A DNA stretch of 64,000 nucleotides from contig NC_045697.1 in NCBI RefSeq assembly GCF_009834535.1, positions 80,602,001 to 80,666,000 of the forward strand, read 5' to 3'. Under the pieces are notes generated by a model. It worked only from the letters and a program-made list of their open reading frames with translations. It made no database searches and was not told the DNA's origin. Made by a program: the position numbers and the translations under genes. Positions 38,907-51,355 of the stretch are shown here, one piece after another (position 1 is the first letter of the stretch; the number at the start of each line of letters is the position of its first letter). This stretch comes from Camelus ferus (taxonomy: Eukaryota).

Positions 38907-41900
38907 AAAACTAACAGGGACTGAAAACTTACTATAGTTTTTGTTGTTAGTACTGCTTCTTGGGAGAGATGCTGAATTAATTTAGGGGATGGATAAGGAT
39001 GTGAAGGGAGTACTCTTTCACTTTTGCCTTTAGTGTCCCAGTGGACCACCTGAAATTTAGACTATCAGTTGTATGTTTACTATTATAAGAACAGAGAGAA
39101 ACTATCTCTGACAGTAACTGACACGGTCCTTCACAGTTTTTCTTTGATATGTTACTGAGTTCTGGATGGAATCTACCTAATTATCAAATAAAATCTGCAT
39201 GTTTTATTAAAGTTTTATTCACTGTTCTTCCTATGGAAACTTAAATACACAATGGTGGTTCAGATTTTTCTTTCAAATTTTAAGCATGGAGTAAATGGAG
39301 TGAAAATCCATTCCGTAGGATATATTTGTTTACTATATTCTTGCAAAGCACCCTTCATATTGATTCAATTTGGAAGATCTGCCACTGTTTTAATTTTTCA
39401 CACTTTAATGTAAATTTCTTTATTCTGGTGACTATGGATGTTTCTTCTTTCCTTCTTAGCAAGCAAAAAGAAATCTGAATCCCAATTCAAGATATAAATT
39501 TAGTCTAAGTCCAAAATTGGGAAAACCACTAAATAAATAGGCAAAAGTATTATGATGCTTTAACGTGCCATTAAAATTTCTGTTGGTTAAGATTTCTGTA
39601 TGTGTATGTATATTATATATGCATATATATGTGTATTATCAATTACCTATTAGAGACAACCTATACTGTACTGTATGTTTATCTGTCTGTCTGCCTGTCT
39701 ATTATTTTCTATCATGTCCATTTTAACTTAGAATATAGATAAGATTAGGTAATGATTAAACCTTAGAAAAGTAATTAAAATGATAATTCTTTCTATGAGG
39801 CCAAACATATCTAAAGTTGTAGATACCAACCTACATGTCGCTTTTAGTGTTGATCTTTTTCTTTAAAGACCAAATCTAATTACTGTTTGTAAACTATGTT
39901 TAAGCTAGTTTCTTGGCTAATGTCTTGGTTCATTTACCTAAGAGAGAAAGCAAAAATTGAAAAGAATCACTTAAAGACATATTGACTATAAACTGTGGTA
40001 ATGCTAGAGTCCCTAACAAAAATCAATTATGTAAGTTTTAGTTATACAAGTTACTAATGCCTAGGGACATCTTAAATCTTCAGTATGTGTACATTAGTTT
40101 ATCTGAACTTTAATTGAATAAGGCATACTTTGTAACCTTGTTTAGGTTACCGTTAGTTTCTTCATGACTTTTTTAGTTTTTTTCCCCCATGGTCTGTTAG
40201 TTTTTTTTTTTTGTCAAAACACATGTTTAATCTCAAAATTACATCATTTAAACCAAGGAACAAATGTCTTTCATAGAATATGCTAGTACTACTAAAATTG
40301 TGTTAATTTTGTGTTATCTTTCCTGTGTATTTTTAAAATGTTTTGACAAGCCCTTACATTTTTTTCTCTAACCCTACATATTTGTTATTTTGAAATCAGA
40401 TACTGTTGCTTATATACTTGGGTTAAGAGAATATTTTTGCATGTTAAAGAGCAGGTGAAACATTTATGTATTTTCATTGTTGCATTGGAATAACTTACTT
40501 GGGAATATAAATCAGTATAAACAAGTATTTTAAAATGCTCTAGATGCTTAATGCGTAGTAGAACTGTAGTAGTGTTTGTTGGATGAATAAATGAACAGTA
40601 ATAATTTAAACTGTAACTATCATGTTTATACAAAACCTAAATCTTTAGTTTATCATTTTCAAAGGATCATACATGAGGCTTCCCACTTTTATACATGCTT
40701 TGGCTGGCAGATTCTTTTCTCAATAAATAGCTCATTTGTAATATCGGGAAGGTACTAGTTTATTGAGAAAAAATTTCTTAATAGTAGCTGACTGCCACAC
40801 TATGACTTACTCATATTCCATGTGAAAATAGATTATTATCACATATGAATACCAGATCTGTCACTCCTGATTTGTTCATTCTGAGTTTGGCCATTAGCTA
40901 ATGACAGTGGCTGTCCTGGTCATATGGAAGGGCGTGGTTTTTCTTTCTTGACACTATCCTCAAAAGTTGAAGGCTTGCTTTAAATTCTTCCTCCCTCCCT
41001 ATCCTCTTTATTCTCTCTTTCCTTTCCTTCCATGTAGTGTATATGAGTATCATTTTATAGATCCATAATTGTTATAAATATATACACAAACAGCATCGAT
41101 TTATAGGAAATATTTTATATTTATATTAATATATTGAAAGCTTTCTGATCCAAGCAATTGTGTCTTATCAACTTTTTTCTCCTACTCATATCTATTTATA
41201 GACTTTAGAATCACTAGCAGCTATTAAATACCTGTTGAATGAATGACTGACCTGAATATCCCTCAGAGAAAAAGTGTTCCATTATTAGCTATATGAGGTA
41301 ATGCTTAATTTGTTTTAAGTTTATGCTTTCAAGTTTCAAAGCATAATTCCTTAACTCAGTATTTTAGGACTGATGAACATACCTTATAGATACCATTTGT
41401 GGGTTTTTAGAAAACCCATAAATGTCTGAATATACCTGGAATTTATCTGATTAAATTTCCACCATTAAGAGAAATAGGCAAAGACTAATTGCAGTTGCAG
41501 AAAAAAACAGTTGCTACGTATAGACTTGAATTTACAGTTTGAGAGATGTAAACCCTAAGGATAACATGTGGTATCTGCGTTCTATGAACTTATTAAATAC
41601 TTGAAACAATAAATTGCATATGTGGGAAACAATTCCTAGATTTAGTAGATACGTGGTTAAATAACCAGAAGAATGATGTAGACAGTAAATGCAATAGGAG
41701 TTCAAACACTGTGTGTGGTCTCGAGGGGTGAGAAAAGTTTCATTGAAGGAAGTGGGACCTGAGGAAAGTTGTGAAAAATGCTTGGAAGCTGATGCAACAG
41801 TACATGGTTCAAAGTCCTGGGAAGCTGCTACTAGCCTACTTTGGTACCATACTGTCCCTAGCCTTGCGGAGCCACTGACTATGCGTGGTCACATTAGTCC

Positions 41901-42304
41901 AAGCCTTGTGGGACTCGTAGCTAATATGCTTCTTTACCATCAAGGGTAGTATTTTTGTAGCAGGTTAATAGTTCTGGTTGCTCTCTTCCCCCAGGAGATG
42001 AATCAGTGCTATCATAGGTCATATCCCTGTTTATCTCCATCATAACTACAAATTTGATTACAGGAGTACTCATCTTCACAAAAACTCTCATCCTTGTCCT
42101 GCTCTGCCCAGCCTAGTTTGATTCTCCCACTCCCATCGTATTTCCATTAGAGCTCTTGTTCTTGATCAGAAAACTGCCCTGGATGTTCCATTTGTTCTAG
42201 AAACATTCTCTTATAGTCTTGCCTTATCAAAAAACTGTCTGTCCCTTTATACTGTTAGCTTTAATGTGAACGTCTCAAATAAAAGCTGCTTATTCTTTCT
42301 CACG

Positions 42305-43422
42305 CTGACATAATGAGTTATAAGATAATGAAATAAAAACTCACATTTTAAGGCAAGAAAAATTTAAGCATAAAATTTTTCTCTGCCCATTTGGGCCTCC
42401 TCCTCCCCTCCAGTGTTCATTATGCATCTGCATTACACCTTAACTAGACCACTCCAAAGGCAGAAATACCTGCTCAACCGTAAAGATAATTTTTTTTTCC
42501 CTTCTGGCATTAGCCGTGTAACTCCTTAGAAAATAACATTCCTCTTTCAATCCTGTAAGGAGTCATGATGACCCACCACTCAGCTCGTACGTGCAGACAT
42601 ATTTGGTGAACTTTATGTACAATGCCAATATATCATTTCCCTTAAAGATAGTGATTGGTGCAGAGCAGACCGGTCAGACAACCTGGGGAGACACTAGGCC
42701 ACACCTAATGGAAGTTCTTAGTTTAAACACTTACTTATTACCTTATTAAATATTACTAACTACATAACTTATATTCTGCCTATTTTTAAAAGATTGTTTC
42801 CTGCATTACTAAATGTATGATGGAGACTCAGATAAAATTAACAATGATTTGGTGACTTGAAACGATTGACCAAATACACAGTCCTATAAGATCAGTCAGT
42901 TACGAAATGCCTCCCAAACCTTGGTTGAAATTAAGACCGAAAAGGAAGGGATTGTAAAATGAAGAATGTTGCCCACCATCCAGTTCTACAAGAATCAAGC
43001 CATTAGCCACTGTAGTCACTGACCTATGATATGCCCTGAAAGGAATTCAGGGTGAAGATCAGGATGAGACACTTTGTGCTCTGGAAAAAGTGACAGAACT
43101 GGTCCTCAGATAGTTAGAAATTTTCAGGCGAAAACTTTGAACCCAATTTCTTGCATCTTCCCATACTTAGAAAAGCACTAAAACCATTAACTAAGAGGTC
43201 TGTTCCTCATGACTAGCAGCGATCTTCTACTGAGATGTGTGTTTGATTACATATATCCCCTTTGCCAAAATCACATACAAACTAGCCTCCCCCTCACCTC
43301 TTCAAAACAGTTCTCAAAGCACTCTGAGAGACTGTCTCCCTGGGTATAATCCTCAGGTTGGCTCGAATAAAATTTTACATTCCTTTCTTAGTGATTTTCT
43401 ATTGATTAATTTTTCATTGACA
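42305..43422 (+). mobile_element. Long ERV1-type LTR (cetartiodactyl-like); left boundary uncertain
   Basis: LTR-style 3' end: CTCTGAGAGACTGTCTCCCTGGGTATAATCCTCAGGTTGGCTCGAATAAAATTT...TTTTCATTGACA. No TSD identified. Confidence 0.6.
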
Positions 43423-43676
43423 AAGAGGTTGGATTGGTGTTTTCTTTGATTTTTATTTCCCCTACTAGCTCTTCATTCTTCTCCTTCCTGTTAATGCCTG
43501 CTACTACTCTTGAGGCTCATGCCACCAAATTATATTCCTCCTCTGTATTTTTGTCATTGTTCTCTATTTACATACTTATTAAAGCCCTTTTATCCAAAAA
43601 TAGAGATTCCTAAATTCTGTGTATTTCTTTGTGACTTCAGAACCACATAAATAATGCATCTAAGATGATGGCTTTT

Positions 43677-43812
43677 CTTTTACACTTTTTTGGGGGGAGG
43701 CAGGTAATTAGGTGTTTTAACTAATTTATTTTTAATGGAGGTACTGAGGATTCAACCCAGGACCTTGTACATGGTAGGCACACATTCTACCACTGAGCTA
43801 TGCCCTTTTCCC
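43677..43812 (-). mobile_element. tRNA-derived SINE of the camelid vic-1 type
   Basis: Minus strand GGGAAAAGGGCATAGCTCAGTGGTAGA...GGTCCTGGGTTGAATCCTCAGTACCTCCATTAAAAAT...CCTAATTACC..CCCCCCAAAAAA, with Pol III A and B boxes. 15-bp TSD with 2 mismatches (AAGATGATGGCTTTT 43662-43676 / AAGTTGGTGGCTTTT 43813-43827). Confidence 0.88.
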
Positions 43813-44149
43813 AAGTTGGTGGCTTTTTGGTTCTTTGTTCTTTTCATCTTCAAATTTCTTTTTATTTCTCTTGGCCAGCCACTTTCAGACCCAGTGTGAA
43901 TATAGTATACAGAAAATACACTACTTCTGAAATCTTGGTTTTAAATAACCCATTTTCCCATTACCACCATCTATTTTTCTGGATTATTTACTCAAGTATC
44001 TCTACTGCCAGAATTCTTCAAGTACATCCAGACTCTAACCCCTACTCACATCTTTTTAGCAGTCCACTCCGAAGTTCATTTTTTCTCCTGTTCAGCCTAT
44101 CTTCTCTCTTCACCATTCTAATTGCTTTATTGCAAATATTCTTCAATCC

Positions 44150-46000
44150 CTTGTCTGTCTGTTCTTCCATTACAGTTATCTTGCAAAATGCTGCCATTTG
44201 CTTCTGTGACTAAATTTCAATTGGGAAGCTTCGTTAGAGAAAGATCACATGACTCTGTGATCTAAAATCTCAAACTTCCACTACTCTTTGATCCTGCCCT
44301 TTTCTTCTAATGAGATCATACTTCCACTTTCAAGATAAAATTTCCCTACTTTATTTTTTCTCTTCAAACCACCTATAATTTCTCTTTCAGTTTCACTGTC
44401 GATTGATCATTGTGCTATTTCATTTCTTCCCCTTCCATTTTCACCTCAGCCCACCGTGATCGGACTTCCATGCCCACCACTCTGTGCCAAGCATTATACT
44501 GAAAATCTTAGCTGGATCAACAATAACATTCCACTGTCTACACCTTGCTCAATTTCCTGTAGACAGATAATTGCTTTTTTTTTTTTTCTTCCCCACTTGC
44601 CTTTCTCCTTTGGCTTCTGTTTCACGACCCTATTGATTTTCTTTAACTCAGTGGTATCTTCTTTGTTTCCTCTGCTGGCTACTTCTCCTCTACTAGACCT
44701 TTAAATGTCCAGGTTTCTTAATTCTAGGTCCTAGATCTTCTTTGCTTCTTCAATATACTTTTTATAGGTGATCTCATCAGTTGAATATAAATTCAATATT
44801 TATTCTGATGACTCTCAAAGTTTATATTTATCCTTGAGCTCTTGTCTTGTATTTCAAATGACTTATCTGACATCACATTTGGAGGCTTCGTGTACCTCTC
44901 AAACATAACCTGTTAAGAAGCAGAAACTCATAATTTTCCATTCTAAATCTCTTCCTTAAACTCTACTCTTTTCTTTGCCACCTTAGCAAATAGCATCAAA
45001 ATCCATCTAGTTGTCTCTCCTGGAAGCAAAAGAGTAATTTGTTATTTCTTTCTTTTCCTTGCTGTACCAATCTATCAGTAAATTCTGTTGATTTATCCCC
45101 AGATTATTGTCCAAATCTATCTACTTCTCTTCATTTCCATTTTCCTAACTCAGTTCAGACCGCTATCCTTTTTTTTTTTGCCTTAAATACAGCTTGCTAT
45201 CTTGTTTCTTTATGTCTACTATTTTCACTTCAAATTATTCCCTGCAAAGCAGCAAGTATGATTTTAAATTAAATCTAATCATACCATTCCCCTGCTTAAA
45301 GCTCATCAATGACTTCTAATTATACTAAGAATATAAAGCCGACTTCTTTCCCTGGCTTACAGAATCATACATACAAACTCTGGTCCCTGCCTCTCTTCAA
45401 ATCCATTGCAAGCCACTCTGCTAATAGTTCACTATGGTATTAGCACTCAAGCCTTTGAAAAGTTAAATGAGCCCATCAGGACTTTTCCCATCCAGATTAT
45501 TTGTAGTAATTGTTGCATCAGCGTGAAAGGCTTTTCATAGGCTTCAATTTCAGTGCCATAAAAATTGCATCTTTGTCTTTCTCATTCACTGTTGATTTCC
45601 CAGCGCCTAGAATGGTGCCTGTCACACAATAGGTATTCAATATGCATTTACTGAATTAAATACATGAATACACTTCATCCCTAAGGTTTTATCTGAAATT
45701 TCCCCTCCTCAGATATGCCTTTGCTAAATACAGTTTCTGAGGTAGGTCCCACCCCAGGGTACATTACATTTAATCTGTCCTTTACTATTTTAATAGTATC
45801 CCATACCACTTTAGTTTCCTTCATAGCAGATTTTACAATCTGCAATTATCTTGCATTTTTTTTATTTGCTTGATTATTGCCACTGTCCTCTAGTAGAATA
45901 CAAAATCAGTGGAGGGCATCTTCTGGCTTGTTTGTCATGGATGCCTCTGTGCTCAGCACAGTATTTGTATACACTAAACCTACGCAATAACCTGCAGTAA
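44150..46000 (+). mobile_element. Cluster of LINE-2 fragments
   Basis: GGTGATCTCATCAG...TCTGATGACTCTCAAAGTTTATAT; AAATCTAATCATACCATTCCCCTGCTTAAAGCTC. Two L2 3' ends (CCCAGCGCCTAGAATGGTGCCTGTCACACAATAGG near 45600; GTGCTCAGCACAGTA near 45950). Confidence 0.75.
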
Positions 46001-47897
46001 ATATTATGAAACAAATTAACAAATAAGTAAACAAACAAAAAAGAACAACACAGAAAGATTCCTGAGGGAAAATGTGAGGGACATTGAAGCAGACTATGAT
46101 AAACACAGTATAGTAAAAGTAAATATAAAGAATCTATTGTTTGCTCCATTAAGTTTATTTATAAACAGGCCAAATTGCACAGATTCTTGTATTAACTTAT
46201 CTGGAAAGTGCAATTTGTTCTTCCCCTTCATTTTTTTTCCTCCTTGTTCTGAGCCAGTTTCTTATCCATGACAAATGTTTTCCCAACCCCTAGTCATGTT
46301 GGTAGAAATATTTTTTCCAGTCTTTGATGTGGAAAATTTTTAGTGGTTTTGAAATTTTAAATAGATTAGTCAGACATAGTTTTTTTTCTCTGCTAAACCA
46401 GGAATGTATTCATCCTCAGATAGGATTTTATCTAAATGTTTAGTAATCCTACCTTTTATACATGCCTGAACTTAACTCATAGCTGTCCCTGTTCTGTTTT
46501 ATGGTTGTCAAACTTTTCTACAAAGAAAAAATTGTCTACCATGATTTTGAGTTTTTAATTTAAGATATACATTTATCAAAAGTACACAAAATATGAATGT
46601 AGAGATTAATGATTACCCACCTTCCAGATCAAGGAATAAAAAAAATTGCAAGCACCATAAAAGACCTATATCTTCATGTGCTCTCAATTTTTATCATTTC
46701 CCTTTTCTACTATAGTTTGGTTTGTTTTAAAATTCATATAAGTAGAATTATAAAATATATATTTTTATGCCTGACTTCTTTCTTGCAACATTATGCCTCA
46801 AAGATTCATTCATGTTCTTATGAGTGGCTGTATTTTATTCTTTGTCATCGCTGTTTTTTTGTTATACTGGATAAGGCTATTACAATTTATCTTTTCACTG
46901 TAATGGAAATTGGGGTTGTTTCCAGTTTTTGACTCTTATGAATGATACTGAAAATTCTTCTACATGCCTCTTGAGATACATGTGCAAACATTTCTGTTGG
47001 GAACATCCTGGTAATGGAATTGCTGTCTTATAGGGTATGTATACTTTCAGTTTTAAAGGATACTGCTTAAAAGATTTCCAAAATTTTTGTATCAATTTAA
47101 CATTAACTAACAGAATACGAGAATTCTAGTTGTTTTATGTTCTTGCCATCTCTTGATATAGAAAGTCCTTTTGATTTTAGCCATTCTAGTGGGTATGCAG
47201 TAGTATTTCATTGTGCTTTAATTTTCCTGGTGACTAGCACTGTTCCACACTTCTCATAGATTTGTTGGTTATTTGTATATAAATCTCTTGTCCATTTTTC
47301 TTTTGAGTTGTGTGTTTTTTCCTTATATATGTTTTATTTATCCTGCATATACACATCTTTATAGTTGTGTGTAGCAATGCATTTGCTCACTTTTTACTTG
47401 TTTTTAACTTTTTTAATGCCATCTTTTGATGAACACAATTTCTACTTATTAAAGTGGTTTAATGTATCACCCCCCCACCTTATCGTTAGAACTTTTTTTG
47501 TAAGAAGTCTCTACCTAACTCAAGGTTGTGAATATTTTATTTTGTATTACCTTATCAAACTGTATTACTCTCCTTTTCATATTTAGATCTACTCTCTATC
47601 TGGAATTGGTTTTTATGTATGATGAAGTAGGGATCAAATTCAACTTTTTTCTGTATGTGGTGGGTGTCCAATTAAACCAGCACCATTTACAGAAAAGCTC
47701 ATCTTTTCCCCACTGTGTTTTGGTGCTACTTTGGCATAAATCAAGTAAGTATATTTATGGTCTCTCTGTTCTGTTACATTGGTGTATTTTTCTATCCTTA
47801 GTGCCAACAAAACACTGCTTTAGTTATGCAGCTTTATGTCTTAATATCAGTAAAACAAATCTCAACTTATTTTCCTTCAAATTCTTTGGCTATTCTT

Positions 47898-49121
47898 TTT
47901 TTAAGATTTTATTTTTTAGAGCAGTTTTAGGTATGTAACAAAATTGAGAGGAAAATACTAAGATTTTTCATGTATCTCCTACCCCGACACATGCGTAGCC
48001 TCTCCCATTATCAACATCATTCACCAGAAAGGCAAATTTTTCACTCAGGATAAACGTACAGTGAGTTGTCATAATCACCCAAACTCCATAGTTTACTCTC
48101 AATATTTGAGAGCATTCACTCTCAATATTTGTACATTCCATGGGTTTGGGCAAATGTATAATGACGTATATTCATCACTATAATACATAAATTATTTTCA
48201 CAGCCTTAAAAATTCTCTGTGTTATAAACAACAATGTCCTACTGTATAGCACAGAGAACTATATTCCGTATCTTATAATAACCTATAATAGAAGAAATAT
48301 GAAAAAGAGTACATGCTGTGTGAATTACTATGCTGTACACGAGAAATTAACACAACATTGTAAATTAAATATATTTCAATTCGAAAAAATAAAGACTCCT
48401 CTGTATTGGTTAAAAAAAATTCTCTGTGTTCTGCCTATTCATCTCTTCCTTCCTTTTTCCACCCCTGGCAACAACTGATCTTTTTATTGTCTCCATAGTT
48501 TTGCCTTTCAAGAATGTAATATAGTTGAAATTATATAGTATATAGCCTTCTCAGATTGGCTTCTTTCATTTATTAATATGCATTTAACATTATTCTGTAT
48601 CTTTTCATGGCTTGACAACTTATTTCTTTCTAACTTTGAACAGTATTCTGTTATCTGGATATGCTAGTTTATTTATTCACTCACCTGCTGAAGGACAATC
48701 TTGGTTGCTTTCAAGTTTTGGCAATTGTGAATAAAGCTGTTCTACAAATCTGTGTGCAAGTATCACTCCTTTCAGTAAATACCAAGGAGAATGATCACTG
48801 GATTATATGGTAAGAATATGTTTAGTTTTGTAAGAAACCATCCAACTGTCTTCTAAAGTGGCTGTATCATTTTGTAAACCTACTAGCAATGCATGGAGAG
48901 AGTTTCTGTTGCTCTACATCCTCAGCAGCATTTGGTGTTGTCTGTGTTCTGGATTTTGGCCATTCTAATTTGTGTATAGTGATATCATTATTTTAATTTG
49001 CATTTCCCTAATGACATGCGATGTGGAGCATCTTTTCATATGCTTATTTGCTATCTGTGTAACTTCTTTGGTGAGGTGTCTTTTAAGGTCTTTGGCCCAT
49101 TTTTTAATTGGGTTCTTTGAG
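47898..49121 (-). mobile_element. L1MC1/2-like 3' fragment nested in the older L1
   Basis: Begins with a T-tract and TTTTAGAGCAGTTTTAGG...AAAATTGAGAGGAAAATAC. 14-bp TSD with 2 mismatches (47884-47897 / 49122-49135). Confidence 0.85.
48224..48414 (+). mobile_element. Younger 5'-truncated artiodactyl-type L1 3' end, nested in the L1MC
   Basis: ATAAACAACAATGTCCTACTGTATAGCACAGAGAACTATATTC...AATTAACACAACATTGTAAATT. Perfect 16-bp TSD AAAAATTCTCTGTGTT (48208-48223 / 48415-48430). Confidence 0.92.
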
Positions 49122-50874
49122 CTCTGGCTGTTCTTGACCCTTTGTGTTTTCATATAAAATTTAGAATCAGTTTGTCTAGCTCCACAAAAAACAAAACCAA
49201 AAAACCTGTTGAGATTCTGGTTGGGATTACATTAACTTTATAAATCAATTTGGGGAAAATTAACTTCTTTATAATATTGATTGCTGCAATGTATAATCCC
49301 AACATTTCTTTTCATTTTGTAGGTCATTTAAAATTCATGTACAAGATTTCTGTGTGGAAATGTTGCACATATTTTTTATGTTTACTTTGAGTACTAATTT
49401 TTTTGGTGCTGTGTAAATAGCATCTTTACATATATTTTTTATATTGTGTGGTTGTTCCTGTTTAAAAGTAAATACTTCTATTTTCTGATAGCTAAAAAGT
49501 CCTTTTTTGTAAATATAATGGTAGGCAACTGAGTGTCTATGTAGAGAATAAAGGTAGTGCTGAATATTTTGAAGGTAAAATTCACATAGTTTTGACGTTG
49601 CTTGTGACTCATTCATTCATTCAAACCTTAATGAACACCTTCTATTTACCAGATACCACGAGATTCATGAGGTACATAAAACAGTCCCCAGTACAATAAC
49701 AATTCTATAAAAGAGGCATTTATACCAAGCTATATTCTCTCACTGTACATATATTTATTTTTCTCTCTCTATATATATACACATATATATATGACATATA
49801 TAAATTTTATAAATGTATACAATTTACATAGATGTATAAAGTCTATATAGATTTACAAATTATATATATATAATTTTAAAATGTATAAATTCTTTTTTTC
49901 ATGTGTATTATCTAATTTAATCCCTTTGACAATCTTGTGATTTTAATCTTATTAATCTTTGTTATTGGAATGGAAACTCATACAGGATAGATAATCTCCT
50001 CAGGCCCCACAAGTTATAATTATGGGGCTGCTATTCAAATTCAGGTCCTGGACTCTGAAAGAGGAGCCCATCCCCTGTTTAATAAACTTTTCCTGGCACT
50101 GAAGTCCCACCAATCTAAACAGCAGAGTTCCCGGCGGGGGAAACATTCTGATGAACAGAGGTCAGTAATGAGATCATCATGCAGACTCCATGAAGGCATG
50201 TGCATAGTAGATGACATGGCAAGAGAATGGCCTGCAAAATGAAATATTTACAGGCATCCCTTGGATCTTTAATGGTAAACTGGCTTTTCTGAGTTGTTTT
50301 TCTCCAGCTTCTAGGCCAGGATCTGTGTCACCCCACAATAAAACAGTTAAAAAGACATTTTAGCACAGACTTACAGATCCTGAAAATAATCATAACAATT
50401 TTGAAAGCAAAAAGTGAATCATTTTTAGACATAATTTATTCAAGTCATTTGCTATAACTCCTTTGTCTTATATAATTGACAACTGACTCATCAACTCACT
50501 TTTCTGACCCTCATTAAATTTAAGAAACTTATATAAATAGGTAATTCTCACTTGAAAGGTTAACTGGACTATAAACTTACACTTACATCACTAGTACTTA
50601 GTCAAAACCTTGGGGATGTGAGTTAATCTGTTTCAAATCAGTGGAGTAATTATATATATGATTTATTTAATTTCTTCTGTTGGTTACGTATAACATGACA
50701 ATAGTAATTATAAATCTAATTCAGAATTTTAATTTAATTTACAAATGTGTTGTATATCATAGAAATGGAATATTTTTCATATGTAAATATGAATTCTTCT
50801 AGGTTTTCTATTCTGTTTCACTGGGCTATTTATTTGTGCTCCAGTAATACCAAATTGTCCTAATCATAACTTTT

Positions 50875-51355
50875 TTCACTTTTAAGAACTGAGGTGAAAT
50901 TAACATAACATAAAATTAATAATTTTAAGATATACAAATCAGCCACATTTAGTACATTTACAATGTTGTGTGACCACCATCTCTATTTAACTACAAAATA
51001 TTTTCATCACTCCAAAAAAAAAAAAAATCCTGTACTCATTAATAGGTTAGTCCCCAATCTGCCCCCCATCTCCGGACCTTGGAACCACCAATTTGTTTTC
51101 TGCATCTGGATTTACCTATTCTGGATATTTCATATACATGAAATCATGCAATATGTGACCTTTTGCATTTGCCTTCTTTCATTTAGCATATAGTTTTTAA
51201 GGTTCATCCACATTGTAGCATATGTTAATACTTCATTCCCATTTGTGGCTGAAAAATATTTCATTGTAGGGCTATACCATATTTCTTTATCCATTAATCA
51301 GTTGAGGACACTTGGGCTGTTTCCACCATTTTGCGACTGCAAAGTGCTGCTATGA
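50875..51355 (-). mobile_element. L1MB-like 3' UTR fragment
   Basis: GAGGTGAAATTAACATAACATAAAATTAA...TACATTTACAATGTTGTGTGACCACCATC...CTATTCTGGATATTTCATATACATGAAATCATGCAATATGTG. Confidence 0.85.

Larger units (their letters stand above)
46550..49500 (-). mobile_element. Outer old L1M (ME/MD-like), interrupted at 47898-49121
   Basis: Antisense L1 3' UTR/ORF2 sequence breaks at ...TTCTTTGGCTATTCTT and resumes at CTCTGGCTGTTCTTGACCCTTTGTGTTTTCATATAAAATTTAGAATCAG. Confidence 0.8.

Noticed and set aside
40715..40771. 13-bp perfect inverted repeat (TTTTCTCAATAAA / TTTATTGAGAAAA), possible hairpin or MITE
   Set aside because: Very AT-rich and short, so plausible by chance in 64 kb; no TSD or pre-miRNA-length stem.
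43735..43812. tRNA-like sequence on the minus strand
   Set aside because: It is the head of a SINE with a tail and TSD; the stems and B box are degenerate.
48965..49157. ORF resembling the L1 ORF2 C-terminus ([17 protein letters not shown]...MKRCSTS)
   Set aside because: Real homology, but only a short decayed piece of the L1MC insertion, not a gene.
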